Positions 9,206 to 16,936 of a DNA stretch of 20,000 nt are shown in pieces (position 1 is the stretch's first letter; each line of letters opens with the position of its first letter). This DNA comes from an uncultured virus (IMG/VR IMGVR_UViG_3300031951_000099) (lineage: Duplodnaviria; Heunggongvirae; Uroviricota; Caudoviricetes), in IMG/VR virus record IMGVR_UViG_3300031951_000099; one strand, given 5' to 3'. The position numbers and the translations under genes were made by a program. A model generated the notes under the pieces. The model was given only the letters and a program-made list of their open reading frames with translations. It ran no database searches and was not told the origin of the DNA.

Positions 9206-10066
9206 ATGGGATTAGCAGATCATATTAGGGATGGCGCTTCATTAATTAGAGAGAACGTAACATTACAAGCAAACGCATCTAATTCAGGATCCATTGAATT
9301 AGGTTCCGCGTATATGTTACTAACCTTACAGTCAAATATTCCATGTAGATTGCGTTTATACGATAATTTACAGAGTAGGGATGACGCTACTGAAAAAATA
9401 AGACCGTTTACCACCAATTTTGTACCAAACAATATTGCACTAATCGGCGATTTTAGTATGAGTGTAGCAGGAACATATAAAATTGATCCAGCTACATACG
9501 GCGTGGTTGCCACCGCCAGTAATAAATTAACTTATTATAGAATAGATAATAATACAAGTACTCCAACAATAGTATTTAATAGATATTTATTGGAAGATTC
9601 TACGGTAAATACCATCAATCGGATAACAGTCCCCTATATACAATCGTTGGTAACCACGGGAACATTTGTAACGGGAACTTTAAGTGATCCTACAGTTCCA
9701 CGAACCTATTTATTGGTGAGTGCATCTCTATCGGGGTCGGGAACCCGAGCAAGAATACGTCTATATAGTAGATCAAATGTGTTTTCAAATACTACAGAAA
9801 TTTCCAGATCATTTGCCACAGAATCTTTGGGAAGTACTGGATTAATTATTGATGCAATATTATCTGGTAGTCAAACTACCTATTTTGTTCCAAAAATTGT
9901 AGGTTCAAATTTAGATACAATCGGATCCGATCTAGTTGCAATTAGAAGTAATGAAGCGGCAATCATGGGAGAAAATGAAATGTATTATATACTTGAAAAT
10001 CTTGCATCAACTCCCGGTACTACCAATATTAAAGTATCGTTGCACGTATTTTCTCTAGAGAGTTGA
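9206..10066 (+). CDS. Putative virion structural protein made of two tandem homologous beta-rich domains
   Basis: SD-like AAGGA upstream. Ser/Thr-rich. Internal duplication YMLL..RLRLY..YYRIDN..LED versus YLLV..RIRLY..YYILEN..LES. Confidence 0.7.
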   Translation: MGLADHIRDGASLIRENVTLQANASNSGSIELGSAYMLLTLQSNIPCRLRLYDNLQSRDDATEKIRPFTTNFVPNNIALIGDFSMSVAGTYKIDPATYGVVATASNKLTYYRIDNNTSTPTIVFNRYLLEDSTVNTINRITVPYIQSLVTTGTFVTGTLSDPTVPRTYLLVSASLSGSGTRARIRLYSRSNVFSNTTEISRSFATESLGSTGLIIDAILSGSQTTYFVPKIVGSNLDTIGSDLVAIRSNEAAIMGENEMYYILENLASTPGTTNIKVSLHVFSLES

Positions 10067-10067
10067 T

Positions 10068-10307
10068 ATGATTAATGTATACCCGTATGCATCCGGTTCA
10101 CTGTACACTTCATCATTTGCAATAACATCATCATATGCAATATCCGCAAGTTTCATAAATAACGTAGTTACAGCATCAAAAGCAGACCGAGTACTATATC
10201 CTCAATCAGGATCACGAGGAATAGGAATCTGTCTTCTTAGTACAGAACAATATTATCAAATTTCTGGCTCAGCAACCCGTGTAGAATTGTGCGACTTTTC
10301 AGATTAA
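10068..10307 (+). CDS. Small putative tail-fibre-associated structural protein with (T/S)(A/S)S(F/Y)A repeats
   Basis: Starts 1 nt after the previous stop. Contains TSSFAITSSYAISASF. Its N-terminus resembles those of the next two ORFs. Confidence 0.65.
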   Translation: MINVYPYASGSLYTSSFAITSSYAISASFINNVVTASKADRVLYPQSGSRGIGICLLSTEQYYQISGSATRVELCDFSD

Positions 10308-10318
10308 GAGTATAAAAT

Positions 10319-10528
10319 ATGACGATTGAATTTACTCCCGGTGGTACTTATATAAGTGGTTCTTATTCAATAGGTTCACGATTGACTATGACTACTTCGC
10401 CCGGTGGTAAGCCAATTACTGCATCATTTGCTCAATTTGCAAGTGAAAGTATAGGACCGCAAGGCCCTCCATATAAAATTATCGGCGACGGATACGATAC
10501 AACTAAAGTACAAATTATTAATGTGTAA
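10319..10528 (+). CDS. Small putative structural protein (TASFA motif, GPQGP collagen-like stub)
   Basis: Fills the gap in the operon. Contains ISGSYS and ITASFAQFASESIGPQGPP. Confidence 0.65.
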   Translation: MTIEFTPGGTYISGSYSIGSRLTMTTSPGGKPITASFAQFASESIGPQGPPYKIIGDGYDTTKVQIINV

Positions 10529-10544
10529 ATAATCGGAGTTTTGT

Positions 10545-13478
10545 GTGAGTACATTTTTTCCTTTTGGTATACCATCAACAAGTTCATATGTAGAGTCATC
10601 CAGTTACGCACATGAGGTAATTGCTCCTGCTGGAACTGCCGCACATGCATTAGTTGCCAATTACGCTCCCCCCGGAACTCCAGGATTAGCTGCAACTGGA
10701 TGTCCACCGGGATATTTTCTTGCCGATACCGCATCACTGGCACCGAAGGTTAGAAATTATGTACTGTGTTATAAAGGGCCAAGTCCAACACCAACACCTA
10801 CGAGTACATTCAGTCCAACCGTTACGCCAACAACTACGTTGACGCCAACACATACTAAAACCACCACACCATCTAGCACAGTAACCCCAACGTTTACCCC
10901 AACGCTTACCCCAACGTTTACGGTAACACCAACCTTTACGCCAACATTTACCCCAACGTTTACGGTAACACCAACCTTTACGCCAACATTTACCCCAACG
11001 TTTACCCCAACCACAACGACAACTCCGACATTTACGTCTACAAATACACCCACAAACACACCGACTCCAACGGTAACTCCAACAGTAACCCCAACGCTTA
11101 CCCCAACGTTTACGGTAACACCAACCTTTACGCCAACATTTACCCCAACGTTTACGGTAACACCAACCTCTACGGTTACTCCCACCCTTACTCGTACGCC
11201 AACATTTACACCAACTCCAACAATTACGCCGACATTTACACCAACGACAACCCCGACGATTACTAGATCGCCAACAGTAACACCGTGTCCGTGCGTAGAA
11301 GTTCCAGGATTATATAAAAGTAGCGGTGGTACGCTTACCGATTATTGTAACACCCCAACAAACAATACCAAGTTTTATAAAGATTGCTTTGGTAAAATTT
11401 ATTTACAGAGTAATTGTACTACCGGATTTACTGGATTTTTTGAAAGCGGAAGTGTATTATATCCTTACGCATATACATCATCCGTGGGTATTATTAGTCC
11501 AACGGTACAGCAGTGTCCGTCAGCAACCCCTACCAATACACCAACTACCACGACTACGCCAACGGTAACCCCTACATACACAATTACCAGTACCGTTACA
11601 CCAACGCCAACCGTCACTCCTACATTTACACCAACTAATACGCCAACATTTACACCAACGCCGTCTGTTACTCCTACATTTACACCAACTAATACACCAT
11701 CCGTTACCACAACGCCATCTGTTACCCCACAGGTCACTCCAAGTTTTACACCAACTACTACGCCGTCCGTTACAACCACACCATCTATCACACCTCCGGT
11801 CACTCCAAGTTTTACACCAACTACTACGCCATCGGTTACTACAACGCCGTCTGTTACCCCACCGGTCACTCCAAGTTTTACACCAACTACTACGCCATCG
11901 GTTACTACAACGCCGTCTGTTACTCCTACAGTTACACCAACACGTACAGTTACCCCATCAATTACACCGTCGCCATCGGAAATTGTGTTTGCAAATTGGG
12001 GGAAAGGGTTTGGAACACAAGGAGATCTAGATTCCCGTGTACTAGGTACCTGCGTTGTTGGAAACTATATGGTGACGGCAACGTATTACATTGAATATGC
12101 AAGTATTCTTGAATTAGTCGTACAGAATACGTCAAATGGTACATTGGTGAGAACTACAAGAATAACCTTACCTACAGGCTTTTTTATAAACGAACAAACA
12201 TTTGACCACGAGAAGAATGAATCCACGTCGATGATTCCGATTGCAGGAACAGAAATATTTGGTCATATAAAAGTGTATGATACAGTTGGACTGTCTTATG
12301 TAACCTTCCGATTTAATTATAATGTAACAAGTGGAGTAGTGTATGCAGACGTAGAAACATTTATGTCAAGAGGAACTCCCGCAAATCCAACTTCAATATT
12401 GTATGATGGACAAAATACGTTCCGTACAGGACTCACAAATTGGAGTCAAGGTGGTGTTAGATATGGGTGGGGGTATATTAACTGGGGATCGGGTACAAGT
12501 GAAATATCTGATTATCCTGGAAATAATAGTGGTGCAGTTGTTATGTTCGGAAAAAATTCTAATAACCAGCCGTTTCGTCCATACGGAGTGGGCGTATATG
12601 CACCTGCTACATTATGGGTGGCTGGCATGTTGGGGGATGGTGTTAATACCTTCTATCCCGCATTTGGAGATTATTATCTAGGATACGGAAATTTTCATAC
12701 TTGTTGGTATAATCCAACGATGACAGGATGGATACCCCGAGTTACGAAAATGATAGGATCGGAGTTGTATGTAGTATTCAGACGAGGTGAGTCACTCTAT
12801 GGCAATGCTGATCAGGATAGTGGAGTTATAGTAGCAAAGTTTTATAATCCAGCAGGTGCATATGCGTTTGAAGGAGGAATGCAATGTGCTTGGGCAACCC
12901 TTATAAGTACTTATCACGCCTCTGACGAAGCTGGATATGTCTCGTCTGGCGGAGCAGCCTTGCAAGGAAGACGACAACAATCGTTACAATACGTAAATGG
13001 TGTCATAGAAGTTTCGTTTAACGTTATACTGGACAATTTCGACCGACGATATAATGCGATGCAATTTTTTACTCTGGATTTAAATGGAACGGTACTAGGT
13101 GGTAAACGACTCAGAATAGAACCATCTGGCGGATTAAACACTTCGGATGCATTATATAATATTTTTACCGGACCACTTGCACATAGAACATCAACTCACT
13201 GGCACATGGCGTTACCATTATATAACACATACCCAGGATCATCGAGTAGTGCACACAAAGTAACAACTCACAAATGGGATGGTGGTTCAGCAACCCGTAA
13301 CACGACTTTCGTATTTTCACAATTAACATCGTGGCTTGCACAGGACTACACATTTGCATTTAATTTAAATACAGCACCATTGCCTGCAATCACTGCGTAT
13401 CCAGGTTCCTATATGCCCACCATTGGTACGGTAACTAGTTACTCAACATTTGCAACACCTTTTGATAATATGTATTAA
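10545..13478 (+). CDS. Mucin-like Thr/Pro-rich putative tail fibre or virion appendage protein with Cys-rich modules and a C-terminal beta-rich domain of about 500 aa
   Basis: GTG start with GGAG at 10535-10538. Two long TPT(F/V) tracts are separated by a 6-Cys module. The C-terminus is rich in aromatic residues and Gly. No signal peptide is visible. Confidence 0.8.
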   Translation: MSTFFPFGIPSTSSYVESSSYAHEVIAPAGTAAHALVANYAPPGTPGLAATGCPPGYFLADTASLAPKVRNYVLCYKGPSPTPTPTSTFSPTVTPTTTLTPTHTKTTTPSSTVTPTFTPTLTPTFTVTPTFTPTFTPTFTVTPTFTPTFTPTFTPTTTTTPTFTSTNTPTNTPTPTVTPTVTPTLTPTFTVTPTFTPTFTPTFTVTPTSTVTPTLTRTPTFTPTPTITPTFTPTTTPTITRSPTVTPCPCVEVPGLYKSSGGTLTDYCNTPTNNTKFYKDCFGKIYLQSNCTTGFTGFFESGSVLYPYAYTSSVGIISPTVQQCPSATPTNTPTTTTTPTVTPTYTITSTVTPTPTVTPTFTPTNTPTFTPTPSVTPTFTPTNTPSVTTTPSVTPQVTPSFTPTTTPSVTTTPSITPPVTPSFTPTTTPSVTTTPSVTPPVTPSFTPTTTPSVTTTPSVTPTVTPTRTVTPSITPSPSEIVFANWGKGFGTQGDLDSRVLGTCVVGNYMVTATYYIEYASILELVVQNTSNGTLVRTTRITLPTGFFINEQTFDHEKNESTSMIPIAGTEIFGHIKVYDTVGLSYVTFRFNYNVTSGVVYADVETFMSRGTPANPTSILYDGQNTFRTGLTNWSQGGVRYGWGYINWGSGTSEISDYPGNNSGAVVMFGKNSNNQPFRPYGVGVYAPATLWVAGMLGDGVNTFYPAFGDYYLGYGNFHTCWYNPTMTGWIPRVTKMIGSELYVVFRRGESLYGNADQDSGVIVAKFYNPAGAYAFEGGMQCAWATLISTYHASDEAGYVSSGGAALQGRRQQSLQYVNGVIEVSFNVILDNFDRRYNAMQFFTLDLNGTVLGGKRLRIEPSGGLNTSDALYNIFTGPLAHRTSTHWHMALPLYNTYPGSSSSAHKVTTHKWDGGSATRNTTFVFSQLTSWLAQDYTFAFNLNTAPLPAITAYPGSYMPTIGTVTSYSTFATPFDNMY
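10779..11285 (+). repeat. Thr/Pro tract 1, with 42-bp tandem units and an exact 82-bp duplication
   Basis: The unit ccccaacgtttacggtaacaccaacctttacgccaacattta occurs at 10909, 10951 and 11101. Bases 10896-10977 are identical to 11088-11169. Confidence 0.92.
11517..11978 (+). repeat. Thr/Pro/Ser tract 2, with 66-bp (22-aa) tandem units
   Basis: The 33-bp core ggtcactccaagttttacaccaactactacgcc occurs at 11732, 11798 and 11864. The protein unit is TPSVTTTPS(V/I)TP(P/Q)VTPSFTPTT. Confidence 0.92.
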
Positions 13479-13487
13479 AATTTATTT

Positions 13488-13712
13488 ATGACTACTAAAC
13501 AAGTTACATTAGACGTTCCGTTAGCCTTACAGAACTTAATTAAAGCAAATAATACGTTGTTAAAAACCTATCAACGACAGTTAATGCAAGAAATAGAAGA
13601 CGCCAATGCACAAATGATGCAGATACTGAAGTTAAATCCAGATGCCGGATGGAAGTTAGACATGGAAAATATGATGTATGTTCGTCCATCCGAGACAGTC
13701 GTTGAGGAATAA
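13488..13712 (+). CDS. Hypothetical 74-aa helical protein
   Basis: Fills the gap between the fibre-like gene and the helicase, and is coupled to the helicase by TAATG. The sequence is amphipathic and coiled-coil-like. Confidence 0.7.
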   Translation: MTTKQVTLDVPLALQNLIKANNTLLKTYQRQLMQEIEDANAQMMQILKLNPDAGWKLDMENMMYVRPSETVVEE

Positions 13713-15595
13713 TGCATCCGTCACTGGATAATGTATTATTTACGTGGGGAAAATATAAAGGAACTACGTTGGGGAGTGTGCGGAGAATTGATCCACAATA
13801 TCTACAGTGGATTAGTACGACTCCTGGGTTACCCGACGTATGGGTAGAAGCAGCAAAACGTGCCCTTGTCGGCGATGATGTTAGTGATCTATCCCTCCCA
13901 CGTACGAAACTTTCAGAAAAACCGCAAGAACAAAAAGAAGAACAGGTAGGTCCAATTGAAATCCATCTGAAGGATTCCAAGACGGCCTATCTTGTCATGC
14001 CTTATAATAAGCTGTTAGTAGAACAATTCAAGTATGAGATTGATGGACGAAAATGGAATGGTGATGAAAAACGTTGGGAGTTTCCTGCAGTTCATCTTCC
14101 CAAGGTTAAGAAACTCTTCCCGCAAAGTACTCTCTCGTCGTCAGCAGAAAAGTTGTTAACGAAATTACAAGAACGTCGGGAAGATCTTGATGAAATACGA
14201 CAGAAGGAAGACACGGATTTTACAGTCCCCGGCTTAAAGTTGAACCTGTATCCTTATCAAAAAGTTGGCGTACAATTTGTGGACAGAGCGGGTGGTCGGT
14301 GTCTCATTGCCGATGCACCGGGATTAGGCAAAACCGTTCAAGCCATTGCATATGCACAATTACACAATCTCAAAGCGTTGATCGTCTGTCCGTTGTCTGT
14401 TGTCGTCAACTGGCAACGTGAAATCAAAAAATTTACTGGGAAGGAGAGTACGATATGGGATAGTAAAACTTACGACGGTCATCTCCGAAATCAGTTTCAT
14501 ATTACACATTATGATGCTGTTGCTAAAAATAATCATTGGCTTCGTGACCAAAAATTTGATCTTCTTGTGTGTGACGAAGCGACCTATCTTAAGAACCGTC
14601 AAACAATTCGTGCAAAATCTATCCTCGGTTCTTGGAAAGAGCGCCGTAAGTATCCGGGAGTCAAAACCAAATATACCATCTTTTTGACGGGAACGCCCGT
14701 GATGTCTCGTCCCATAGAAGCATTCTCGTTACTCAATTTCTTGGATAAGGAAAGGTTCAATAATTTCTTCCATTTCACGCAACGATATGGGGGATGGAAG
14801 GGTCAAGCACCGATGAACCTCCAAGACCTGCATGACCGTACTAAAGACCTGGTTATTCGTCGTAAGAAAGATCAAGTGCTCACCGAGTTACCCGCAAAAC
14901 AACGGAATGACTTGTATGTGGAATTGACAAAAGACGAACGGAAAGAATATAATCAATTATTAAAAGAACTGTTTGGGAAATGGAAGATGGAAGGAAAGCC
15001 GTCTGTGAAACATATGCCCAAGTTGCAGGGATTCTTGATTGAAAAGAAACTCCCACGACTACTGGAAATGATTGATGAATTCTTGGACAACGATAAACCG
15101 ATCCTCATTTTCAGTAACTATATCGCCCCTCTTAAATTCTTATTAGAACATTATGGGGATCAAGCGGCAATATTGACAGGTGAAATGAACAGGAACGAAC
15201 GTCAAGAAACGATTGATAAACTGGTATCGGGAAAAGCAAAGATTGGACTCTTCAGTCTATTGGCAGCAGGTATGGGTATTGACGGATTACAGCACAAGAT
15301 TGATACCGTGGTGTTCCTCAACATGGACTACGTGCCTGCAAATCACGAACAAGCAGAGGACCGTACCCATCGTATTGGTCAAAAGTCCCAAGTCCAAGTC
15401 TATTATATGATTTGTGACGGGACGATGGACGAATATATGCGGGATATTTTGAAAGAAAAGCAGGAGGTAGCAGATATGATTGTGGATGGCGCACTGGTAA
15501 CCCCTGAGAAGCAACGGTCGTATTTCAAGGAATTTGTAAGACGATTAAGTACGGATTATAACGAACGGTTTGACATAGAAAGTGTGGATGAATGA
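13712..15595 (+). CDS. SNF2-family helicase, SMARCAL1/HARP-like, with an N-terminal (F/W)GKYKG domain of the DUF3820 type
   Basis: LYPYQ, Walker A LIADAPGLGKTVQ, VCPLSVVVNWQREI, Walker B VCDEAT, LTGTP and QAEDRTHRIGQ. HARP-like segment PYNKLLVEQFK..GRKWNGDEKRWEFP. N-terminal FTWGKYKG..DPQYLQW. Confidence 0.92.
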   Translation: MHPSLDNVLFTWGKYKGTTLGSVRRIDPQYLQWISTTPGLPDVWVEAAKRALVGDDVSDLSLPRTKLSEKPQEQKEEQVGPIEIHLKDSKTAYLVMPYNKLLVEQFKYEIDGRKWNGDEKRWEFPAVHLPKVKKLFPQSTLSSSAEKLLTKLQERREDLDEIRQKEDTDFTVPGLKLNLYPYQKVGVQFVDRAGGRCLIADAPGLGKTVQAIAYAQLHNLKALIVCPLSVVVNWQREIKKFTGKESTIWDSKTYDGHLRNQFHITHYDAVAKNNHWLRDQKFDLLVCDEATYLKNRQTIRAKSILGSWKERRKYPGVKTKYTIFLTGTPVMSRPIEAFSLLNFLDKERFNNFFHFTQRYGGWKGQAPMNLQDLHDRTKDLVIRRKKDQVLTELPAKQRNDLYVELTKDERKEYNQLLKELFGKWKMEGKPSVKHMPKLQGFLIEKKLPRLLEMIDEFLDNDKPILIFSNYIAPLKFLLEHYGDQAAILTGEMNRNERQETIDKLVSGKAKIGLFSLLAAGMGIDGLQHKIDTVVFLNMDYVPANHEQAEDRTHRIGQKSQVQVYYMICDGTMDEYMRDILKEKQEVADMIVDGALVTPEKQRSYFKEFVRRLSTDYNERFDIESVDE

Positions 15596-15605
15596 TATTT
15601 ATTAG
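15595..15605 (+). promoter_or_regulatory. Candidate phage late promoter motif ATATTTAT
   Basis: ATATTTATTAG, with the core ending 29 nt before the ATG of the gp26-like gene and followed by SD-like GAGGG. Confidence 0.45.
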
Positions 15606-15630
15606 TGTATAACTTTAACCAGAGGGTTTT

Positions 15631-16398
15631 ATGCAAGAACAATCAGTTACAACAAGTACGTTTCCTACTGAAACAATTGATTTACCATCAAAAGGCGTCT
15701 TTTACCCAGAAAATAGCCCGTTACGTTCCGGAATTATAGATTTATACCTGATGACCGCAAAACACGAAGATATTTTAACCTCTCCCAACTTGATTCAAAA
15801 GGGATTGGTATTAGATAAATTAATTGATGCGTTGATCGCCACAAAAGGTGTGAAAGCATCTGATCTATTGTTAGGTGATTTGAACGCGGTGATGGTTGCG
15901 GCACGAATTTTAGGTTATGGAAAGGATTATGAAGTGAACTTATCGTGTCCATCGTGCGGTCAAGACGTAGACCAAATGGTTAATTTGACGGAATTACAAA
16001 TGGAAAACGAACCAGAACAGGGAAAAATTCCGCAATTCAAAATTGTTCTTCCGGTATCAAAGAAAGAAGTTACATTAAAGTTATTGACTCGTGGCGATGA
16101 ATTACGAATTGAAAAAGAAGTCAAGTCGTTGAAAAAAATCAATGGTGACGTAGATTCTGAAACCACTACACGATTAAAGTCTATCATTGCAGCAGTTGAC
16201 GGAGATACAACCCCATCGGCTATCTGGCAGTTTGTAGATAGTATGTTGGTTCGGGATGCACGGTATCTTCGTGAACAATATCGACAATTAGTTCCTGACG
16301 TAAACTTTAACATTATAGTAGATTGTGCGTGTGGGGCAAATCAAACGGCGAGGTTGCCTATTGGCGCCGACTTCTTTTGGCCTGACGCCAGAGTATAA
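15631..16398 (+). CDS. T4 gp26-like baseplate hub subunit / tail assembly chaperone
   Basis: IDLPSKG, MTAKHEDIL, DLLLGDLNAVMVAARILGYG, CPSCG plus a distal CACG (putative Zn site), an internal repeat of the LP(S/V)S motif and a C-terminal DFFWP. It lies upstream of the tape-measure-like gene. Confidence 0.78.
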   Translation: MQEQSVTTSTFPTETIDLPSKGVFYPENSPLRSGIIDLYLMTAKHEDILTSPNLIQKGLVLDKLIDALIATKGVKASDLLLGDLNAVMVAARILGYGKDYEVNLSCPSCGQDVDQMVNLTELQMENEPEQGKIPQFKIVLPVSKKEVTLKLLTRGDELRIEKEVKSLKKINGDVDSETTTRLKSIIAAVDGDTTPSAIWQFVDSMLVRDARYLREQYRQLVPDVNFNIIVDCACGANQTARLPIGADFFWPDARV

Positions 16399-16567
16399 AT
16401 TAATCGTTTTTAAAGACATGTTAATGGTTGCTCATTATTCTAAAGGTGCTTTTAGTGTGATGGATTTATACAACATGCCGGTATACATGAGAAACTTTTA
16501 TCTCAAAGAATTCGTCAAACTAAAAGAACAAGAAAATAAAGAAATAGAAAAAATGAGAAAGAAATGA
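16379..16567 (+). CDS. gp51-like baseplate/tail assembly segment, probably expressed as a +1 frameshift extension of the gp26-like gene (alternative: independent start at ATG 16418)
   Basis: GLTPEYK...HYSKGAFSVMDLYNMPVYMRNFYLKEF resembles the short gp51-like ORFs of T4-like phages. It overlaps the end of the upstream gene in the +1 frame. Neither GTG 16325 nor ATG 16418 has an SD. Confidence 0.65.
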   Translation, partial: GLTPEYKLIVFKDMLMVAHYSKGAFSVMDLYNMPVYMRNFYLKEFVKLKEQENKEIEKMRKK

Positions 16568-16932
16568 TATTACTACGGGAACTTCTAGAAGAAAATATTA
16601 AAGCATATGCTGGAATGTCGGTGTCGGGGAAACCTGTACTTACCGTCGTGAATAATAAAGCATATAAAGGAATGTCTGTTTCTGGAAGTCCCGTGTACAC
16701 CGTATCAGGCAATAAATTGTATAAAGGTATGGCATCCTCTGGATCACCGTTGGCTACGTTGGTGGGCGATTTGTTATTTAAAGGAAATGCAATATCGGGT
16801 TCTCCTATTGCCAAGATAGTAGGAAATAGATCGTTTAAAGGAATAGCCCCGTCTGGAGCTCCGTTGGTTACCGTACCATCTGGCGATGTTACCACATTGT
16901 TTGCGGCAACCTATCACGTCTTGTTTGAGTAA
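16564..16932 (+). CDS. 122-aa protein with five 19-aa beta-repeats (beta-flower-like)
   Basis: ATGA overlap with the previous ORF. Repeats: KAYAGMSVSGKPVLTVVNN / KAYKGMSVSGSPVYTVSGN / KLYKGMASSGSPLATLVGD / LLFKGNAISGSPIAKIVGN / RSFKGIAPSGAPLVTVPSG. Confidence 0.8.
   Translation: MILLRELLEENIKAYAGMSVSGKPVLTVVNNKAYKGMSVSGSPVYTVSGNKLYKGMASSGSPLATLVGDLLFKGNAISGSPIAKIVGNRSFKGIAPSGAPLVTVPSGDVTTLFAATYHVLFE
16600..16884 (+). repeat. Five 57-bp degenerate coding repeats
   Basis: Exact 19-aa periodicity of the pattern (Y/F)xGxxxSGxP. Confidence 0.88.
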
Positions 16933-16936
16933 ATAA

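Noticed and set aside
9920..9931. Perfect 12-bp palindrome ATCGGATCCGAT
   Set aside because: It is a single occurrence inside a CDS, which is expected by chance in 20 kb.
10769..11869. Minus-strand Val/Gly-rich ORFs (10769-11185 and 11465-11869)
   Set aside because: They are antisense shadows of the Thr/Pro codon repeats and have no independent evidence.
10896..11930. Possible CRISPR array or DGR template/variable repeat pair
   Set aside because: The repeats are in-frame coding units with no unique spacers and no adenine-specific mismatches. No cas or reverse transcriptase gene is in the window.
16394..16401. TATAAATT, a near match to the T4 late promoter
   Set aside because: It matches only 7 of 8 positions, lies in doubly coding sequence and is not repeated before other structural genes.
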